Below, piece by piece: positions 61,061-64,000 of a DNA stretch of 64,000 nt (positions within the stretch are counted from its first letter, which is position 1; the number at the start of each line of letters is the position of its first letter). Under the pieces are notes generated by a model, which was not told the origin of the DNA, did not search any database, and worked only from the letters and a program-made list of their open reading frames with translations. The stretch is from positions 2,232,001-2,296,000 of the forward strand of contig OZ249453.1 in assembly GCA_965235115.1 (NCBI GenBank). Direction: 5' to 3'. This stretch comes from Laetmonice hystrix. Taxonomy: Eukaryota. A program made the translations under genes and the position numbers.

Positions 61061-63901
61061 TTTATAGAAATCAGAATGTCCGTGGTTAAACATAACTCTG
61101 ATCGAGTGTGTGCAGTTACAGTCCAGTTAGGTAACGGTGGTCTCCTACTTTTGGTATGTGTATATATGCCATGTGATGACAGAAGACCTGGACCAAAGTT
61201 AGTGGAGTACACAAATACTCTCAATGATATAGAAACTATTTGTAATAGTGTGAACGCAAATTATGTTTGTATTGGAGGAGATCTCAACACGGACCTTATA
61301 AGAAACTCGTATCAGACAAGAGAGTTACTCAGGTACATAGACAGAACAAGGCTTTGTATGTGTGTGAATGATGTGTGTAATACGGTACAAGTAACTTATT
61401 GCCATAAAGGCACAGGTGCTACGTCTTTGATAGACCATTTTATACTAGGTGAAAATGCTATGCCCATGCTTTTGTCATATGGCTCGTTTGACGCTGAAGA
61501 CAATTTTTCTGATCATTATCCCATTAAATGTGTACTTGACTGTGATGTAAGTGATTACATAAATGCCAACCTCACGGATAATAACCAAACCTGCAGACCA
61601 CTATGGCGAATGGCTACGGTGAGGGACATTGAAAGGTATCAATCTCAAGTATCGGCCAATCTGGACAATATTTGGCTTGATAGAGAGGTGTTACTATGCA
61701 CTGATAAACATTGTAAAAGGCACATAGAATATATTAATGAATTACATGATGGTATTATTCGAGGGCTATTAACTGCAGGAGAGAATGTTACCCCGCAAAG
61801 GAGGCCCCCGGGGGCAAAAACCAGGGCAGGATGGAATGAATATGTGGAAAAATACTTTAGAGAATCTCTAAGATGGCATGATATCTGGAAAGCATATGGT
61901 CAGCCTAGAGAAGGTGCCATAGTGGATCGTATGCGTACAGCTCGGTCCCAATACCATAAAGTATGTAAAATGGTAATAAAATATGAGGAGGAGATTAAAT
62001 CAAATAAATTAGCTGAGTCCTTAGGCGAAGGTGACTCAGGTGCGTTCTGGGCAGAGGTTAAAAGGAGTCGCCCCAGGAATGCTTCATATCCCAATGTGGT
62101 CGATGAAGTTATTGGAAAGGATGAAATTGCTGCCCTATTTGCAGGGAAATTCAAGGATTTATATAATTCTGTCGGCTACGACGTCAATGAAATGGATGAA
62201 CTTGTGAAAGACATTAGTGGCAAAATAGACAGAACGTGTTCATCTACTTGTACGCACGGCAGTCACAGCATTGAAGTCAGTGATGTTATCTCGGCAATAA
62301 CAAAGCTTAAGCATGCAAAAATGGATGGCTACAGTGAGGTTATGTCCGACCATATTATTAACTCGGGTGACAAACTCCCGGTTTTCTTGAGTCTGTTGTT
62401 TACCACTATGTTACGTCATGGACTCTCACCAGTTGGTATGCTAATTGGCACAATGGTGCCCATTCCCAAAGGAAAATGGATTAACCTTGCATCATCGGAC
62501 AATTTTAGAGCAATTACCTTGAGCAGTGTTTTTGGTAAGCTGCTGGATATCATAATAATGAAACTGGAAGCTGGTAATCTTTGCACAAATGATCTACAGT
62601 TTGGCTTTAAAACAGGCTCTTCGACCAGCCTTTGCGCCTCTATGGTACAGGAAACGGTTTCCTACTTTGTTCATGGGGGCACCAATGTGTATGCGCTACT
62701 ATTAGATGCAAGCAAAGCCTTCGATAGAGTTAATTACTGTAAATTATTTCGTACACTGTTTAATAGAGGAATATGCCCCATGGTTTGTAGGCTTCTGCTG
62801 AATATGCATTTAAATCAGAAACTAAGAGTCAGGTGGGAAAGCAAACACTCTGACCTGTTTTCTGTAACGAATGGGGTGAAGCAAGGGGGAGTGATATCGC
62901 CAGTGCTGTTTTGTGTTTATATGGACAATTTACTTCAGGAACTAGCAGCCAGTGGTGTAGGGTGCTTTATGGGAAGCGTATATGCAGGTGCATTTGGATA
63001 TGCAGACGACCTCATGTTACTTGCGCCTAGTGTTGCCGCACTGCATAAAATGGTTAATATCTGTGAAAATTATGCAGACAGGCATTCAGTAAAGTTTAAT
63101 GCTAAGAAGAGTAAAGTGATTATCTTTAAGCCTAACTGTGCACAAACACCAGACCCCTGTGTCATAATCGATGGCATGAAGGTAGATGTTGTTGACAGCA
63201 CTATATACCTTGGTCATAAAATGACTGACAATGTTTACGAGGCTGATGTGTCTAAATGCGTGGAGGATTTCAACCGACAATGCAACATGTTTATGGCAGA
63301 CTTTAAGCATACAAGCTCACACATGAGGAATATACTGTTCCAGAAATACTGTATGAGTTTTTTTGGGTCACAGATATTGCCACTATGGGATGATAAAATT
63401 GAAACGCTGTATAAAACATGGCGTGTTGCTGTCAGGAGAGTATGGAGAATTCCATGGAGGACACATTGCTGCCTATTGCCACATCTAGTAGGCTGCATGA
63501 GTCCGGAACTACTGCTGGCAAAGAGATGTATAAAGTTTATTAATATGGCAGTTAAGTCACAGAATTGTACTGCTCAAACAATAAGTAAAATGGGCCTTTT
63601 TGGCAGCCACTCTATAATGGGAAGCAACTATAAATACTTACAAACTAGATTCAAGATGTGTCAAACTAATGTTTTTAAATGGTGGGATAATTTATGCAAA
63701 GATGAGGCAGAGACAGTTCGTATAGTCGAACAGATTAAGGAGGTGGTCGGGATGAGGGACAGATGTGTGAGTGCTGTACTCAGTAGGAAGGAGTGTGGGG
63801 AAGTGTTGGAAGTCCTGTGTGCAGGATGAGAGGTGTGTTCGCTTGTAACTCTATTGTATTGTGCATTCCTGGATGCGAATAAAGAAATTACTACTACTAC
63901 T
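61061..63901 (+). mobile_element. Non-LTR retrotransposon (LINE, CR1/L2-like group), 5'-truncated, inserted in a KIF1A intron
   Basis: Partial APE endonuclease plus RT ORF, short 3' UTR, AATAAA at 63878-63883 and a (TAC)4 tail at 63889-63900. An in-frame TAA at 61058-61060 and the missing N-terminal endonuclease motifs indicate 5' truncation. Confidence 0.92.
61076..63829 (+). CDS. LINE ORF2 remnant: C-terminal part of APE endonuclease + reverse transcriptase (917 aa, no stops)
   Basis: Endonuclease motifs VCVYMP, CIGGDLN, LIDHFIL, SDHYPI. RT motifs FRAITLSSVFGKLLD, QFGFK, LLDASKAFDRV, GVKQGGVISPVLF, YADD, KFNAKKS, YLG. Confidence 0.95.
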   Translation: MSVVKHNSDRVCAVTVQLGNGGLLLLVCVYMPCDDRRPGPKLVEYTNTLNDIETICNSVNANYVCIGGDLNTDLIRNSYQTRELLRYIDRTRLCMCVNDVCNTVQVTYCHKGTGATSLIDHFILGENAMPMLLSYGSFDAEDNFSDHYPIKCVLDCDVSDYINANLTDNNQTCRPLWRMATVRDIERYQSQVSANLDNIWLDREVLLCTDKHCKRHIEYINELHDGIIRGLLTAGENVTPQRRPPGAKTRAGWNEYVEKYFRESLRWHDIWKAYGQPREGAIVDRMRTARSQYHKVCKMVIKYEEEIKSNKLAESLGEGDSGAFWAEVKRSRPRNASYPNVVDEVIGKDEIAALFAGKFKDLYNSVGYDVNEMDELVKDISGKIDRTCSSTCTHGSHSIEVSDVISAITKLKHAKMDGYSEVMSDHIINSGDKLPVFLSLLFTTMLRHGLSPVGMLIGTMVPIPKGKWINLASSDNFRAITLSSVFGKLLDIIIMKLEAGNLCTNDLQFGFKTGSSTSLCASMVQETVSYFVHGGTNVYALLLDASKAFDRVNYCKLFRTLFNRGICPMVCRLLLNMHLNQKLRVRWESKHSDLFSVTNGVKQGGVISPVLFCVYMDNLLQELAASGVGCFMGSVYAGAFGYADDLMLLAPSVAALHKMVNICENYADRHSVKFNAKKSKVIIFKPNCAQTPDPCVIIDGMKVDVVDSTIYLGHKMTDNVYEADVSKCVEDFNRQCNMFMADFKHTSSHMRNILFQKYCMSFFGSQILPLWDDKIETLYKTWRVAVRRVWRIPWRTHCCLLPHLVGCMSPELLLAKRCIKFINMAVKSQNCTAQTISKMGLFGSHSIMGSNYKYLQTRFKMCQTNVFKWWDNLCKDEAETVRIVEQIKEVVGMRDRCVSAVLSRKECGEVLEVLCAG

Positions 63902-64000
63902 GTACAGAGCATTCAGATTGAAGGAGACAAAATGAGTGTATGGAGACTAGACAGGTGTATGAGTGAGGTATAGTTTGTGTCTATATATGATTGTAGTCTT

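Noticed and set aside
60989-63906. TGTACA at 60989-60994 and 63901-63906 as the LINE target-site duplication
   Set aside because: About 65 bp of unrelated simple-repeat sequence separates the left copy from the LINE frame; a 6-bp match is plausibly chance.

Overview
Eukaryotic (bilaterian invertebrate, probably lophotrochozoan) genomic scaffold with five N-gaps (3465-3912, 4606-4833, 6869-7002, 13179-13412, 31914-32357). It has no prokaryotic operons, rRNA, tRNA or CRISPR, and most listed ORFs are artefacts of tandem repeats or N-runs. Two intron-containing genes are arranged divergently. (1) Minus strand: a claudin/PMP22-superfamily-like membrane protein gene. Its 2.5-kb first coding exon (35656-33112) encodes about 820 aa of low-complexity N-terminus plus TM1. 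After a 30-kb intron, a 93-nt exon (3077-2985) supplies the GLW-x2-C-x8-C signature, followed by a probable 21-nt microexon (2371-2351); the rest lies beyond the left edge. (2) Plus strand: the 5' part of kinesin-3 unc-104/KIF1A (coding exons 57415-57514, 58051-58133, 58485-58664), with a probable NRF1/YY1 promoter and non-coding first exon near 50.6-50.7 kb. A 5'-truncated but otherwise uninterrupted LINE ORF2 (61076-63829) lies in sense orientation in the kinesin intron. The non-coding DNA has about 25 minisatellite arrays, several short TIR elements, at least 12 CTCF-like motifs and RFX X-boxes. The most unusual observations are the very long disordered N-terminus on a claudin-like protein, a 35-bp minisatellite made of about 17 copies of the kinesin start-exon splice acceptor, two minisatellites built around the same 5' splice-site core, and a possible unannotated X-box-driven small gene at 43.7-44.9 kb. 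Everything was read by eye; no database searches were run.
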